A stretch of 64,000 nt of DNA, from assembly GCA_030141605.1 (NCBI GenBank), contig JAQGDQ010000757.1, positions 37,364 to 101,363 on the forward strand. Reading direction: 5' to 3'. Below are positions 1-12,679 of this stretch, piece after piece. The number at the start of each line of letters is the position of its first letter. Within the stretch, counting starts at the first letter, position 1. A program made the position numbers and the translations under genes. The notes under the pieces are model-generated. The model ran no database searches. It had not been told where the DNA came from and saw nothing but the letters and a program-made list of their open reading frames with translations. This stretch comes from Tubiluchus corallicola (Eukaryota > Animalia > Priapulida).

Positions 1-517
1 TCATTTACATAGAGACACTGATCAAGTTGAGTTCCTGACAATATACATTGATATAAAATGAACACGCTTCACTGCATTTGGTTTTAATTAGCTCAACAAT
101 TTTAAGCATGTGTATTGCATACTCTTGAAATAAAAAGATAATTTTGAGTTTTGCATGAACAGTTGTTATATAACTTTTATTTAACAAACTCAGCCGAGAC
201 ATTTATTAACGGTATAAGTTATGGATTTTGATATTGATATTTCACGGAAGGTTTGATTGCACATTATTAGAGTAAATATTTTTTAATTGAGGTGTACTGA
301 AATTATTTTAAACCAGGTAGGGCCTACTTGCTTTTATATTTATTAATTGTATCTTTCAGTTTACTGCATTGAGCAATATGCTTCATAAAGAATCGAGCCT
401 GTTATTATTTATTTTTGGATTATAAAACTAACGTCTTAACGATTTAGCTATTAAGTTTATCAAAACTTGCTTGCCTTTCTAAACTAGTTCTAACTCTTGG
501 AAGGTATTTTCTTACAG

Positions 518-714
518 ACGCTTCAATATACCTTTGAGAGATTTCGGACCCAGTTGGAGAGATGGCATGGCATTTTGTGCCTTGGTGCATCGCATTAGGC
601 CAGATCTAATTGACATGCACAAATCCAGGAGCCAATCAGCTAAGGAAAATCTTGAGCGGGCATTTAGGAAAGCAGAACGAGATTTGGGCATACCTCGTCT
701 ACTAGATCCCGAAG
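518..714 (+). CDS. SYNE1: Exon: calponin homology domain 2
   Basis: ttacag acceptor; RFNIPLRDFGPSWRDGMAF...LLDPE; GC donor (gaag|gcaaac). Confidence 0.9.
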
Positions 715-979
715 GCAAACATTTGTTATGCTAAGTGCTAAAGCTTTCTGTTTTGATAAACCTTTCTCTGTTCACTTGAGCTTAGTGAACCCTATTCCAT
801 TAAACATAAGCTTACCCGTTTCTTGGAGGGCCAAATGACATGAATGTGATGAACAGTAGATTAATAGTACAACGAATGGCACATTCAATGGGTTTTAAAA
901 CCCTAATGAATCAAGGAAATACGTTAAGAATTATATTGGTGTGTCGAATTGTGCTTAATTTAACCAATGGTTTTTGCAG

Positions 980-1092
980 ATGTGGATGTGTCAAAACCTG
1001 ATGAGAAGTCCATCATGACGTATGTGGCAACATTTCTGAAGCATTATCCCGAAGCCGGAGGTTCAAAAACTACAGCAACTCCTATACCAAAA
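980..1092 (+). CDS. SYNE1: Exon: end of CH2
   Basis: ttgcag acceptor; (D)VDVSKPDEKSIMTYVATFLKHYP; donor aaa|gtatta. Confidence 0.88.
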
Positions 1093-1419
1093 GTATTATT
1101 TTGTCTATATTTCAAAATTATATATCCCGGAATAATTTTTAGTTAATAAGTGTTTTAATTGCTACTAACATTCTGTAGAGTACTGCAAAAATTGTCTCTT
1201 AATTTTATTTTTTTGGTGTTTCAGAGTTGTTGTTAAGAATGTATGTTTTTGATAGCTATTTGGACATGCCCAAAGTTCACCTTTTTAGAAGTTATTATTA
1301 TTATTTGCTAGGTTTTTGTGAGAGATTTTTACTACTAATATACTAATAATTAGACTACTCTTTTTTAATACATTAATGCATAATACATGGTAAAAATGTG
1401 GAAATTTAATTTTGCATAG

Positions 1420-1566
1420 ATGGCGATTGCTATTGAAGAGGTGAAGTTAAAATCTCGACTGGAGAAGAGGGAGCAGGAGAACTTCAGCAAATGGCTGGAT
1501 GAAAGTTTAAGCTGGCTTTTGAGTTTGCAGGATGTACCTGTTGCTGATATGAATGTAGAATATAAT
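1420..1566 (+). CDS. SYNE1: Exon: start of spectrin-repeat rod
   Basis: catag|ATG ... aat|gtaagt; phase 0-0. Confidence 0.82.
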
Positions 1567-1656
1567 GTAAGTTTTATACTTCGTAAGTCAATCAAATTAT
1601 TGATAAATAAAAATGTATTTCCTAGGTCATTTATTACTTTTTCTAATTCTGTGGTG

Positions 1657-1659
<3 letters not shown>

Positions 1660-1702
<43 letters not shown>

Positions 1703-1862
1703 GCAACAATAACATTAATAATAATAAAAATAACATCAATAATAACAGCAACAACAATAGCAACAACAACAGCAACAACAACAACATTAACAACAACAGC
1801 AGTAGCAGCTACAACAACAACAACAGTAATAATTGATGATGACGATGACGATGATGATGAGG
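1660..1862. repeat. Compound (AAT)n/(AAC)n/(GAT)n microsatellite
   Basis: Directly visible, intronic. Confidence 0.95.
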
Positions 1863-2471
1863 ATTTCTGTCTTTATAAATTTCTTAATATAGTACATTTT
1901 CTCCACTTTTTGAAACTGTGATTTATGTGACATTTGAAATATATTTTAACTGCTGAAAATGTAATATACTCAAAGTTCTTAGGAAAGCTTTACATAGTTT
2001 TGAATAAACTTTTAGGAGATTTTTTTGTGTGGACAGAACAATATTTTCAGAGTAGTTAAATTATTGTTTCAGGACACACAGTCATATTGTTTTTTGTCAT
2101 TTTCTTGTACATAACAATTTTGTTTAAATGTAGCACTTTAGTTTTTTAGCTTAAATCAGACCAAAGACACTCACAGCACTACAGTTTTTTCTTGTTTTTT
2201 ATAAACAAACAGATGAATTTCATTTTTACTATAGTTTCCAAGTTTTTGTAGGGCTAAATATAAATGCATTGTTAGATACCAGCCTGTCTGTATCATGCAA
2301 CATTTGTTGTTTCTAACGGAAATTTCGGTTTTTACTTTTTTCATAAATTGCTGCAGGTTATTGTATGGCTGAAATATTGACAATGTTTTGTTATACACAT
2401 TCACATAGCTACTACAACTTTTGCAAGATGCAAGTTATGCATGACTTTGTTTTTTTTTGTTCTTGCTTTAG

Positions 2472-2783
2472 AATTACATCACATTTGCCAGGCAAATCGA
2501 AGAAAAATCCCAACTGTATGAAAAAATTCGATTTCGCTACGAGTCGGACTTGAACTTGACATTGTCGGATGAGCGATGGATGATGCTTGAGTCCAAATGG
2601 ATGCAAGTTTCTAATGCTGCAAAGCGCTGGCGGTTTCGATTGGACAGTACACTTCCTGGCACTCTGGGTCACATTGGGGTGTGGGTTAATCAAGCTGAGG
2701 ATATTTTAGCCATGCCTGTACACACTGGAGATACAAGTGAAAACACATATCATGCCATAGCTGCAAAAATTGAGGACCACAAA
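2472..2783 (+). CDS. SYNE1: Exon: spectrin repeat with nesprin signature
   Basis: WRFRLDSTLPGTLGHIGVWVNQAE; tttag / gtaagt. Confidence 0.9.
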
Positions 2784-2854
2784 GTAAGTTTCATCTTTTT
2801 ATACCTAAATCTAGTTAACTAATAATGAAGACGATGGAGGATACATTGTCATTC

Positions 2855-3003
2855 CCTCCCTCTTTCTCTTCTTTGTCTCTCTCTCTTTCCATCTCTCTCT
2901 TTTTCTCACTGCCTTGTTCTCTCTTTCTTTAACAACAAAAATAAATATTAATATTAATAATAATCTTTCTTTCTCTCTCTTCCGTTCTCTCTCTTTCTCT
3001 CTT

Positions 3004-3086
<83 letters not shown>
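2855..3086. repeat. (CT)n microsatellite
   Basis: Directly visible. Confidence 0.95.
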
Positions 3087-3087
<1 letters not shown>

Positions 3088-3294
3088 ACTTTGTCTTCTT
3101 CTTTTCCTGCTGCTGCTCTGACAAGATGTCACTGCTTGGCATAATAATACTGTAATAATAATTTAATGCTTTTTGTTCTGGTTACAATAGACATTTCGTT
3201 AATTGTGGGCTGTGTTATTGATGAAATGAGAACACTGTGATGAGAGAAAAAGCAGATCTGTTTCTCTCTTATTTTCTCATAAAAACATTTTTAG

Positions 3295-3576
3295 GAATTT
3301 TTCAAAGACTATGGCAGCGTAGTGCACCACTTCAGGAAATACAAGGTGACCGGCATGGCCGACGGACGCAGAATTAAACCCGAACATCTAAAGGACATTG
3401 ATCAGAGGTTGACCCAGATTGCTATTAAGCAACACCAGCGTTGGATGCGATTGTATTATGAACAGGATCGAAATTTGCTACTGTCATTCATTGATGGTGT
3501 GGAAAAGGAAGTTGCATCATGGGATATGCCAGAGATGGATCCAGCTAACCTGCAACTGCTGGTTTCACGAGTCAAT
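3295..3576 (+). CDS. SYNE1: Exon: spectrin repeat
   Basis: EFFKDYGSVVHHF...LVSRVN; ttag / gtaagt. Confidence 0.87.
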
Positions 3577-4149
3577 GTAAGTGAATGTCTAAACAAAACT
3601 CATGCAGGTCATAGATTCTGATTATTTGAAGCTCATGTATGATAGTTTCTTCTTTGCTATGCAATAACACCTTTTCGTAGTTTTTATCTATTTCTACAAA
3701 ATCTTTGCATTTGTTGTTCTTGTTTTTATTGTCAGCAGCTAATTGTACTGATAACATTGACATATTCTTTTATTTGTAAGCATAGCTTTGCTATTTTTAC
3801 ATGTTATAGATGCACCAAACTTGATCAAACAGTGAATGAAAGGTTTTATCTGAAAATTTTAAATTTTTCTTTTTTTAATTTCTTATTCATAAATTTTTAC
3901 AAAAAACAAAAAACAAAAATGGTGGTTCTCGCATATTTGTGTTTTGGTGAGAAGTAATTTGTAAAATGATGAAGTACTAGCTAGCTGTTTTTAATTTTAA
4001 ATTCAGTGCAAATGATTTTGTTCTAAATTCCGATATTTCGTTGTTTTATAATATTGTTTTTAAAGTTTTAGATAATCAGTAAATCTTCATCATCTTAGGT
4101 GTTTCTGTTATGCAACATAGCATCATTCATAATTTGATGCTGTTCCCCA

Positions 4150-4390
4150 ATCTGCTGTCATGTGCCAAGTATTCACGTCATTTAAGTCAAGTGGAGTATT
4201 CAATAAGTCTTTCTTCAGAACATTTTAATATTTGATCAACTGTCCTTCTCTTGGTTTCTTCCCAGGTATTAGTGTTTAATGTAATACTGTAGTAAGTGGA
4301 TAATCTAATAACATGTCCAATCCATTTAAGCTGATGCTTCTGCATGACCTCACTCCATTCCTTCTTCTTTGTTAAATGATTTGACAAAAT
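4150..4390 (-). mobile_element. Degraded RTE-like LINE 3' remnant
   Basis: Minus-strand QLKWIGHVIRL resembles the RLRWxGHVxR motif of non-LTR ORF2 C-termini. Confidence 0.45.
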
Positions 4391-4474
4391 CAGTAAATGA
4401 TAACCAATGAATTATAATCAATAATAATTAAATATTTAAAGGTAGATTATTGGTCAATGGTATTTATTTTTTAG

Positions 4475-4568
4475 AATCTAGTTGAAGTGCAACAAGTGTA
4501 CAGTCAATTCGCTAAGCAGTTCAATGAACTTAGTCAAAAAGCGATCAGGTTCCGCCGAGAGAAACCAG
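4475..4568 (+). CDS. SYNE1: Exon: spectrin repeat (not in ORF track)
   Basis: NLVEVQQVYSQFAKQFNELSQKAIRFRREKP; phase 0-1 fits neighbours. Confidence 0.82.
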
Positions 4569-5189
4569 GTAAAAATAATATCTCTTTCTTATAAGTATAA
4601 CTTTGTACCATAATAAATAAAACAGTTGGCATCTTACATCATTCACTTATTTTCATTCGAATGCTTCTTTTGTGAAGAAACATAAAAAATTCCTTTTAGG
4701 TTTATTGAAAATAAAAACCTCTTTTGTTACACAGACAGTTCTGTGAACAACTGTACTATGTTTTCACATGTAAAAACATAGTACAATTACAACAGCATTG
4801 TTAACAATGAGAAATTTAGGTTGTGTGAGGGTAGTGTAAGACCAAGTAGTCATTTACATATTTGCCTTACATACTAAAATGTATCATTAGTTGTTGTAAG
4901 CCTGTAGAAGTACAGCTATTATGCCACTATTACTATTACATTAACACACACAACAATACAATGATTACTAATATAGAGATAACGGTTATTAAAACTGAAT
5001 TAGTTAAGAATTTGATAATAGCAACTTACAAAGCAAAACTAGAGAGGATTATAATGGGAGTATTTATGAAGTATGGAAATGCAAGCTAATTCATGTGAAT
5101 AACAATTTTTCCTTTATATTTATATATCACTTTTTTAATTCTTTGTTTAATTTCAAAGCAAGTTTGAAGTATGTTTTATCATGTTTTAG

Positions 5190-5395
5190 ACCAAACTGAA
5201 ATTGATGATGTAACTAAAGGATTAAGGGATCTAGAAGAGAAGTGGAACGAAATATCGGGCAGAACAAAATCTTTCCAAACAACTCTAGAAACTGCCCTTG
5301 CTGACTGGACAAAGTTCCAGATGCAAAGAGATGCACTCAGTGCTTGGCTGGATGCTGCAGAGGCAGTGACCACTAAGTCCGCTGCAGAACAACTG
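5190..5395 (+). CDS. SYNE1: Exon: spectrin repeat
   Basis: LEEKWNEIS...LSAWLDAAE; phase 1-0. Confidence 0.87.
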
Positions 5396-6011
5396 GTATG
5401 CATTGTAACATTGTCACAGTGAACAACTATTTTTTTACAGTACAATGAGTAAATCATCCTGTTTTCTGGAATTACCTAAGAAGTCCATTTCAGCTAGTGT
5501 TGGAAAAAATGGGAAAACTGTTTCCTTTTGCTAAGAAACAACGGTTTAATTATTACTTTAAAATTTGAAATGAATGTATATTAAATATTTGGTTATTGTG
5601 TAAAAGGAAAATGTTAATATTTAAAGTTGTTTTTAGATTGAGTGAAATGCTAGGTTGCGTTGAAGCAGAACTGAAAATGTTCAGTCTGTACTACTGTTTG
5701 TTTAAAAACCAGTACTTGCTGACTAACGTTGCCGGTTGCTGTTTAGCTCAGGCGAGATAGAGACTGTTAGTCAAACTATTGTTTAACCCTCAGATATGCT
5801 GGAGCAAGGCAAACTGCCACAGTTATGATTGTGACATACATTAATCTGTTGCCGATAAAGGGTTGAACAGCTTGCCTAGCTTATTTTTCAAAAGAATTTC
5901 TTTTGGTTTAGCATCCTTTTTTCTACTTGATCTTTTATAAATAACAAAGTCCAAATTGTCTGAATAATCTGCTAATTATAACGGCACTTTATGGAATTTT
6001 CCTTTCTATAG

Positions 6012-6173
6012 GCATTTTTCGGAGATGTAGCAAAGTGGATAAAACATCACCTGGTATTCAACGACACCGGTGTTTTGTTGTTGTCTACATGCAATACACA
6101 AACAGCAGTTGAAATCAGACAGTCTATACACGAACTAAACGAAAGATGGAAACATATCTATGAAGTTGCCCAG
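6012..6173 (+). CDS. SYNE1: Exon: spectrin repeat (not in ORF track)
   Basis: AFFGDVAKWIKHHLVFNDTGVLLLSTC...LNERWKHIYEVAQ; tatag / gtaatt. Confidence 0.87.
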
Positions 6174-6302
6174 GTAATTACCGGTTTTACCAGTGGAACC
6201 GCCTTGTTTTTATTGATAAACTAATGTTTGTTGTTAATTTGCTGTAAATTACAGTGGAAGAACTATTAATGTCTAAAGTTGTATTTATAACTGGTGTGAA
6301 TT

Positions 6303-6521
6303 TATTACTACTGCTATTGTTACTGCTGCCGCCGCCGCCGCTGCTGCTACTACTACTGCTACTGCTACTGCTACCACTACCACTACCGCTATCATGACCA
6401 CTATCACTATCACTTCCACTATCACTCCCACTACCACTACTACTACCACTACTCTTACCACTGCAACCATCTCTGTCACTGCCATTATCATGATCACTCC
6501 CACTACCATCACCACCACCAT
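6303..6521. repeat. Degenerate trinucleotide (ACT/ACC/GCT/ATC) low-complexity tract
   Basis: Directly visible. Confidence 0.9.
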
Positions 6522-6574
6522 TATAGATAGATAAATCGTGATTTTAAAAGTCACAAGCAAACATTTTTCCGTAG

Positions 6575-6730
6575 GTTTATATGGTGCCTGGTGAAACAAA
6601 GACAGGTATTCAGACGTTCCATACAAATGCTGCCAGTCTTTCAAAATGGCTTGAAAATAGCATGATGATGGCTACGAGCACAGTAAATGCTAGTCACAGT
6701 GACGTCACGCAGAGAATTAAAGAGTTACAG
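6575..6730 (+). CDS. SYNE1: Exon: spectrin repeat
   Basis: gtag / gtgagt; LSKWLENS. Confidence 0.85.
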
Positions 6731-7249
6731 GTGAGTTTTTTGTTAATTATTGAATTATTAATTATTCACAACTGAACCGAAGAACGTTGTCTTGTTTTCA
6801 TGTGATATCCTAAGTTTATGCATTGCTGGAACAGTGCCTTGTTTCCATGTGATGTCCCTAGTTTTTGCTTTACTGCATTAATTAGAAAAAATTGTGTAAC
6901 ATTTGCAGTGTAGTTTACAAGCCTCTTAAAAATATAGAAATTAATTAATTAATTAATTAATTATTCTGATCAGCTGTTCCTACTTGGGATTTGTGTTAAA
7001 TGCGATTTCTGGTCACTGGCTTCTTAATAATGAACAAATTTGTCACATGTGTCTTGAACATGAGTTTTGTACGTTTAAGGATAGCAGTTCATTGTAACGA
7101 TATACTATTGCTACAATACTTTCTGTTATTCATTTTAGCATGTTCATAGTTAAATAGTTGTTTAAAATAAGGCAGTTCTCCTCCAGTAGCACCTATTTTC
7201 ACGCAGGAACAACAACATTTTAGAGATTTAATTTGCTTGCTTTTTGCAG

Positions 7250-7393
7250 AGTTTACTTCAGCACTTGGATGAAAAAGAAGAAGAGTTCTTATCCTTGTCT
7301 AAGATGGCGCAAGAGCTGGTTAAGGAATCTTCACCAACAGATGTCACTACTATGCTTTCAATGCTTAAAGATTTAAAAGACAAGATTTTGAAA
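7250..7393 (+). CDS. SYNE1: Exon: spectrin repeat
   Basis: ttgcag / gtacaa; SLLQHLDEKEEEF. Confidence 0.8.
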
Positions 7394-7829
7394 GTACAAC
7401 ATTTCTTTGAGAAATTTGATAATACTCTTGAAATCTGGCTGCCTGTTGCTTAAACTTTAATGTTGTGATATTTTAATATTAGTAGCTTCGCTTTTTCGAA
7501 TCCACAAATGAGCACAAATACTTAAACTAGCAGTCTTTTAACTAAACAGCTTGCAAGGGATTTTGTATTTTTTAGTCTTTTTATTGTGGGTTTTTTATTA
7601 ATTGTTTCTTATTCTTGTCATTGAAAAAATAGCCCTGCTTAAACCTGTTTTTTGTTTTTATTTTTTTCTTTGATCTGAACTGTTTTTAGAACTTTATACA
7701 TTATATAAATTATTTATTACTCTTATAGCACAGCTATATATGTTCATATACTTTTTAAACATAAATCACATTGGTCAGTGTACAGACTAACTACTACACT
7801 AAGTTAATAATTTACTAAATTACTAAATT

Positions 7830-7990
7830 CCTTAACTTGCCTTCTCCCATCCTCAGTCCTGAGGTTCGCGGACAACGGATACATGCAGCAGTACTCTCCA
7901 TTGACTTTTTACTCCCTCTATACCCGTACATTCCCCTAACGTACTCCCCATCCAATCCTTGATATCATCCGTCCATCATCTTTTTGAACA
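7830..7990 (-). mobile_element. RTE-like LINE 3' remnant
   Basis: Minus strand encodes WTDDIKDWMG, a typical RTE ORF terminus. Confidence 0.55.
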
Positions 7991-8325
7991 TTTCCCATTA
8001 AATGTACTTTAATTCTAGGATGTGGCTGCAGATGTTCATGGGGCTGAAGTTATTAATTACTAATTACTAATTAACTACTAAGTTAATCTGTGCTCTGATA
8101 GAGCTGATAAACCTCTTGTGGCTTATAGAATAAATTTCTATTACAGAATAAAATCTGAAATGTCACGCAAGTTTCTCTGTCATATAATGATTAGCATAGC
8201 TGTACAGACAGTAGATGATCTGGGTTCAAGTCTTATTGGAGCAAAAATTGTTAGACTTTCTATTTTAGTATTACTTTCGTGTGGGTTTATTGGGTTAGTT
8301 TTTATTGCACATGGTGCTTTTTCAG

Positions 8326-8508
8326 GTGAGAAGAGGAATAATCGATGCTCACCAAATCTTCCGCGGGGAGCTGTTGCCACGTCTACAAGCTCTTGAAGCT
8401 GGGCTGCACAAAGTGTCAGAGTGGCTAAATGAACAAGCTTCAGCGTTGAAACCACGAATAACCATTGATGATTTAGATACCTTGAAACATAATTTGGAAA
8501 GGCACAAG
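8326..8508 (+). CDS. SYNE1: Exon: spectrin repeat
   Basis: ttcag / gtatta; VSEWLNEQ...LERHK. Confidence 0.85.
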
Positions 8509-8951
8509 GTATTATTTCTGTTATTTTCTATCAGGTTTTAAAGCAAGTTGTCTTTAGGTAAACAGATTTTGTTTTGGGTTGATGCCATATAAACTGCATA
8601 GAAGACAACAAATGCATCTTTCTTTTTAAAACTAACTAACTCTGCAGCAGATATGTATTTCTGACTGATATGTGATTTTGTGCTGCTGGTATGAGAGATC
8701 AGTCCTGATCTGCTATGTGAGAGTTGTTAGCTGAAATTGCATGGCATGTGACCTGATACCGCAAGATTCTTGGTTCAAATCCTTGGTGATTTACAATTTT
8801 CAGCGCTTTTCTCATGCAATTATTTAACTGTTATGCTAATTGCTGATTATATGTAAATTGTTAATTTTATTAATTCTAGCTTATCACAATTCAATATCTA
8901 AAAAGTTTGTAAAATTAATCAAGAGTTTGTTCACAATGAGCATTTTTGCAG

Positions 8952-9095
8952 GCGTGCTTTGCCAAAGCGATCGCAGTTCGATCAAACATGGAGGCAAATA
9001 GTCGTCTGCTTCACAGCATTGTAAAGTCCGGTGCAAGATTATTAAAAACTGAGAAACTTCAAACTGATTGGGTAGCACTTGGTACACAGTTTGTG
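8952..9095 (+). CDS. SYNE1: Exon: spectrin repeat
   Basis: ttgcag / gtaagt; LQTDWVAL. Confidence 0.85.
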
Positions 9096-9157
9096 GTAAG
9101 TGCTGATGTTAATATTAATTATTTTATTAATATTAACAGACGTTTCACTCCACATAG

Positions 9158-9249
9158 AACATTCTCAATGTAAATGGCAAGTTAGTATCTTAAAAATAAA
9201 CGTGCACTGCTGTAATAGGTTACTACTTGTCATTTACATTGAGAATGTT
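9158..9249. repeat. 25-bp inverted repeat (hairpin or mini-MITE)
   Basis: aacattctcaatgtaaatggcaagt ... acttgtcatttacattgagaatgtt (24/25), flanked by TAG on both sides. Confidence 0.85.
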
Positions 9250-10013
9250 TAGGATGCTTTATGCAAATAAAGCAACTTTCTTTGCTACCATGCCACGTGT
9301 TATTAGTGACTTATTAATTAACGTTTTTCATGTTGGATATTATTTAATAATTAGTTAATATATTATTGTTACTATTCATTATAAATTAGGGTTATTTTTA
9401 GTGTTAACGATAGTAGTAATTAGATCAGGCAAAAATAAGAGGACACAAAAATTTCAATTTTTGGTAGCCAAATTCCAAAACTGAGGCTTTTTGAGCACTC
9501 ACATTTGAATGTTGACTTTTTCTTAAATTAACCAATTAAAAATGAACAGTTATAGTGATCTCATATCTGTAGCTATGCATTTTGATCTGTAAATAGTGAG
9601 CTTTACAAAAACGATCATAGTTGTTTGTTAATCTTTTATAATAATAGCAATTGTGTGAAACACTTTTGAGATTTTTAGCTACCCAATGACAGGCCAACTA
9701 GGTCAACAGATTTTTTACCATAAGTTTATAATAAAATAAATTGAGATAAGGATTTTAAGTTGTAAAGGCTTATATTATAGTGAGGGTTTAGTATGACTTT
9801 AAGTAAGTTATGGAAGATCTGGTTCATGGTTTGAAATTGCAAATTCTAAAATTGCATGTTAGATCTTTTGAGACACTGCAAACATATTTTGTCTTTCATG
9901 CTACTATATACACTGTTATTTATTTTTGATATTGTTGTTAATAGTTCTTTTAATAACAATGATATATACGCAGACTTTTTAATTTTTGGGTAAATTTTTG
10001 TAATAAATTCTAG

Positions 10014-10181
10014 AGTTACCAACAAGAAGCAAGCGCTTGGGAAGCCAAGGTGGAAAAGGCAATTACCTCAATCAGCAAATATAAACGTCACGATGCTGAG
10101 CTACAAAGGTGGCTGCAAGATGCAAGAGCTGTTATTGAAGAAAAGACTAGTGACATGGAGACACGAATTTCTGAACATAAG
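10014..10181 (+). CDS. SYNE1: Exon: spectrin repeat
   Basis: tctag / gttaaa; LQRWLQDA...ISEHK. Confidence 0.82.
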
Positions 10182-10725
10182 GTTAAAGGAATATCAAATG
10201 TTTATTTGTTGGATAATTTTATAAAATTCTGTTTGGTTGATATTCTTTCATCAGTCATTAATAACTATTAGGGTGGGTGCACAATTACATCCCTTAAAGT
10301 GTGTACACACCTTCTAAAATGATTTGAGAAGTAGATGTTTTTGACACAAAAATTTCAAATGCAGGACCCTGCATAAGAGAAACTTATTTGTTGAAAAATC
10401 CTGCTAAATGTTTGGATAATAGTCTTCTCATAACTGTAATGATAATAGCTGCGCATGCATATACATATGTTTGGTACTGCCAGAAACTATATTATTTTTT
10501 GTTAAATAAAAAGGTTCTTCTTTCATCTTTCTAGCATTGGAATATAAAATGTATTTTATCAGATAGACAAACCAGGTATGTATGGATTTGAGTAACGTGC
10601 TCGTGTGCTTCAATAACGTATGATAAATTGTGCTGGCCGAATTGTCTATACTAAATAGCCATTCTGTTGATTCTTGCATAAAATTTGCTGTACAGTTAAG
10701 ATCATGTTACTTCCTACATTTGCAG

Positions 10726-10863
10726 GCATTCTTTAGTAATGTGGACCATCGATTGCTACAACGATATCTGTGGTCCGTTGAGGAGATGCATCAGCTGTGT
10801 GAAGATAAGGAAGATGCATCAAGAATACTTGACAAATGTGAAAAACTGCAAACTGCATGGAAG
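10726..10863 (+). CDS. SYNE1: Exon: spectrin repeat
   Basis: ttgcag / gtatat; AFFSNVDH...LQTAWK. Confidence 0.85.
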
Positions 10864-11456
10864 GTATATAATTATTCTTTTTACTACAATTATACAGTTT
10901 GTTATATTTTGAAAGGTAGCAAAATTATTTTGATTGCTTTTAATAGAATAATTGTTTTCATTTTTTGTGTGTTAGCATTAGAATCAGATACCCTGGATTA
11001 AAACACTCACTATTTAGTTTGGTCAAGCAATACCACAGAAAAGTGTTATTTCAGAATAGATTTTTGGAAGTATTTTATAAAGAGGTCTGACATACCTTCT
11101 TTAGTTATTTGCTTGTCTGAAAAAAGCTGTAGCTCAACTTATATAGCAGCCAGGAAACTGAAATTTTTGATGCTTTATCAGGTTACTTTTGTTATACTAT
11201 AACTAATCTTATGATGCAAAGATGGCTAAAAATTGGTTGTGGTGAAAATTTTAGCAAAAAAAAATGGGAGGATGAGCCAGTCCTGAAACTGGAGTAAGAA
11301 AGTAACCTAGTGCTTTGCATTACAGACTGGTTGTGCAAGCTTAATTCCTGAGTAACAATAAATTTGAAATGACTTACTTGAAAAAATTTGAATTTATAGC
11401 ATTTTAAAGAATCTTTATCAATTTTATAATTGTTATTACTTTTAATGTCTTTTCAG

Positions 11457-11618
11457 GAAATATTACACTTTGTACCCATTCGACTAATGAACCTAGAATA
11501 TGAGCGGTCAGAGGCTTACTTTATCGTGCTGTATAAAGAAGGTCTAAATGAAATAAACGAAGAAGAGGCCACACTGCAAGCATCATCAATTACAGCAGAT
11601 TTACTGAAACGCCACATT
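11457..11618 (+). CDS. SYNE1: Exon: spectrin repeat
   Basis: tttcag / gtgagt. Confidence 0.83.
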
Positions 11619-11769
11619 GTGAGTAAATATTTCACCATTTATTTGAAAAATAAATTGCTTATACGTTTGAGTCCCAGTAGAAGTGGAAAAGTTTTCCAGT
11701 TTTTGTAATTTAGCATTGCTTTTGTGTAGTTACGTGATTCATTTTATATTGTTTTGACACTGTGTGAAC

Positions 11770-11955
11770 TACGATTCCCCTTAGATAGACCTCTAGTGGC
11801 TTATTGTCTAAATTTCTGAATTTAAGAAGTTAGTGTATCTCTGTGTGGTTTGTTGGTTAGCAAAGTTGCTGGGAAGGCAGAAGGTCTTGGGTTGGGTTCA
11901 AATCCCAGTGGAGATACAACTTTTTTTCAGATTTTCTAATTTAGTATTGCTTTCA
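11770..11955 (+). mobile_element. tRNA-derived (SINE-like) dispersed repeat; relatives at about 8740-8810, 38390-38560 and 41715-41790 (minus)
   Basis: A-box-like tggttagc and B-box ggttcaaatccc; the upstream cctctagtggc segment is shared with the 38.4-kb copy. Confidence 0.5.
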
Positions 11956-12078
11956 TGCTTTTATATGACTGATGATATGCTCCTATTACTTTTATGATTT
12001 TGTGATTATCCAGTTATGATTTTGATTGTTTCCCTAACTGCATGTGTTGAAAGTTGAAGTAATTTTGTTTTTTCACAG

Positions 12079-12174
12079 CAATTCTTCCAAACAAGTAACT
12101 ACATTCTTGACTGTGATAAGCTGTTGAATGAGATGAAGACTCGAGCGCAAAAGCTAACCACGTATTCTGCTCAG
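12079..12174 (+). CDS. SYNE1: Exon: spectrin repeat (not in ORF track)
   Basis: QFFQTSNYILDCDKLLNEMK; cacag / gtattg. Confidence 0.8.
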
Positions 12175-12679
12175 GTATTGAGCTTTGCAAGGTTCTGTTA
12201 AATGTGTGTTTAAAACGATTTTAATTATTGTGAATAATTTATATATTGTTTTAATATTGTGAATAACAATGCTTAAAATCAAACTAAACCCTTACCATAA
12301 TACAAGCTTTTATAACACAAAATATTATGTTTGTTAGAAATACAATATTTATTTTACTATGAACTCACTATAAAATTTGTTTTCTTTGATTTTTGTCCTT
12401 CTGTTATTTAATTTTGAAAATTTGAATTAAGGCCATTTTTATGTTAAAAAACCTCATCGTCTTTTGGGGTTGTGTAGGCCTTTAATGACGTCCTGCAATT
12501 CTGCTATTATGAAACAATAATACTAGCTTCATTAACTTGCTTTTCCATATATGTAAAATTATTATAAAATGAAATGATTTTTTTCAACCATTTTGTATTG
12601 TTAAAGTATTTTGGTTTTACATTGCAAATTAGCATTGCTTAATGACATTGCATGAATATAATTTCTTTAACTACTTTAG

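Noticed and set aside
1365-1836. Poly-Leu and poly-Asn ORFs
   Set aside because: Translations of the (AAT/AAC)n microsatellite. The real exon ends at the gtaagt donor at 1566.
2811-3144. ER-repeat and SL-repeat ORFs
   Set aside because: (CT)n microsatellite translations.
6285-6644. Val/Ala-rich hydrophobic ORF
   Set aside because: Antisense of a trinucleotide low-complexity tract.
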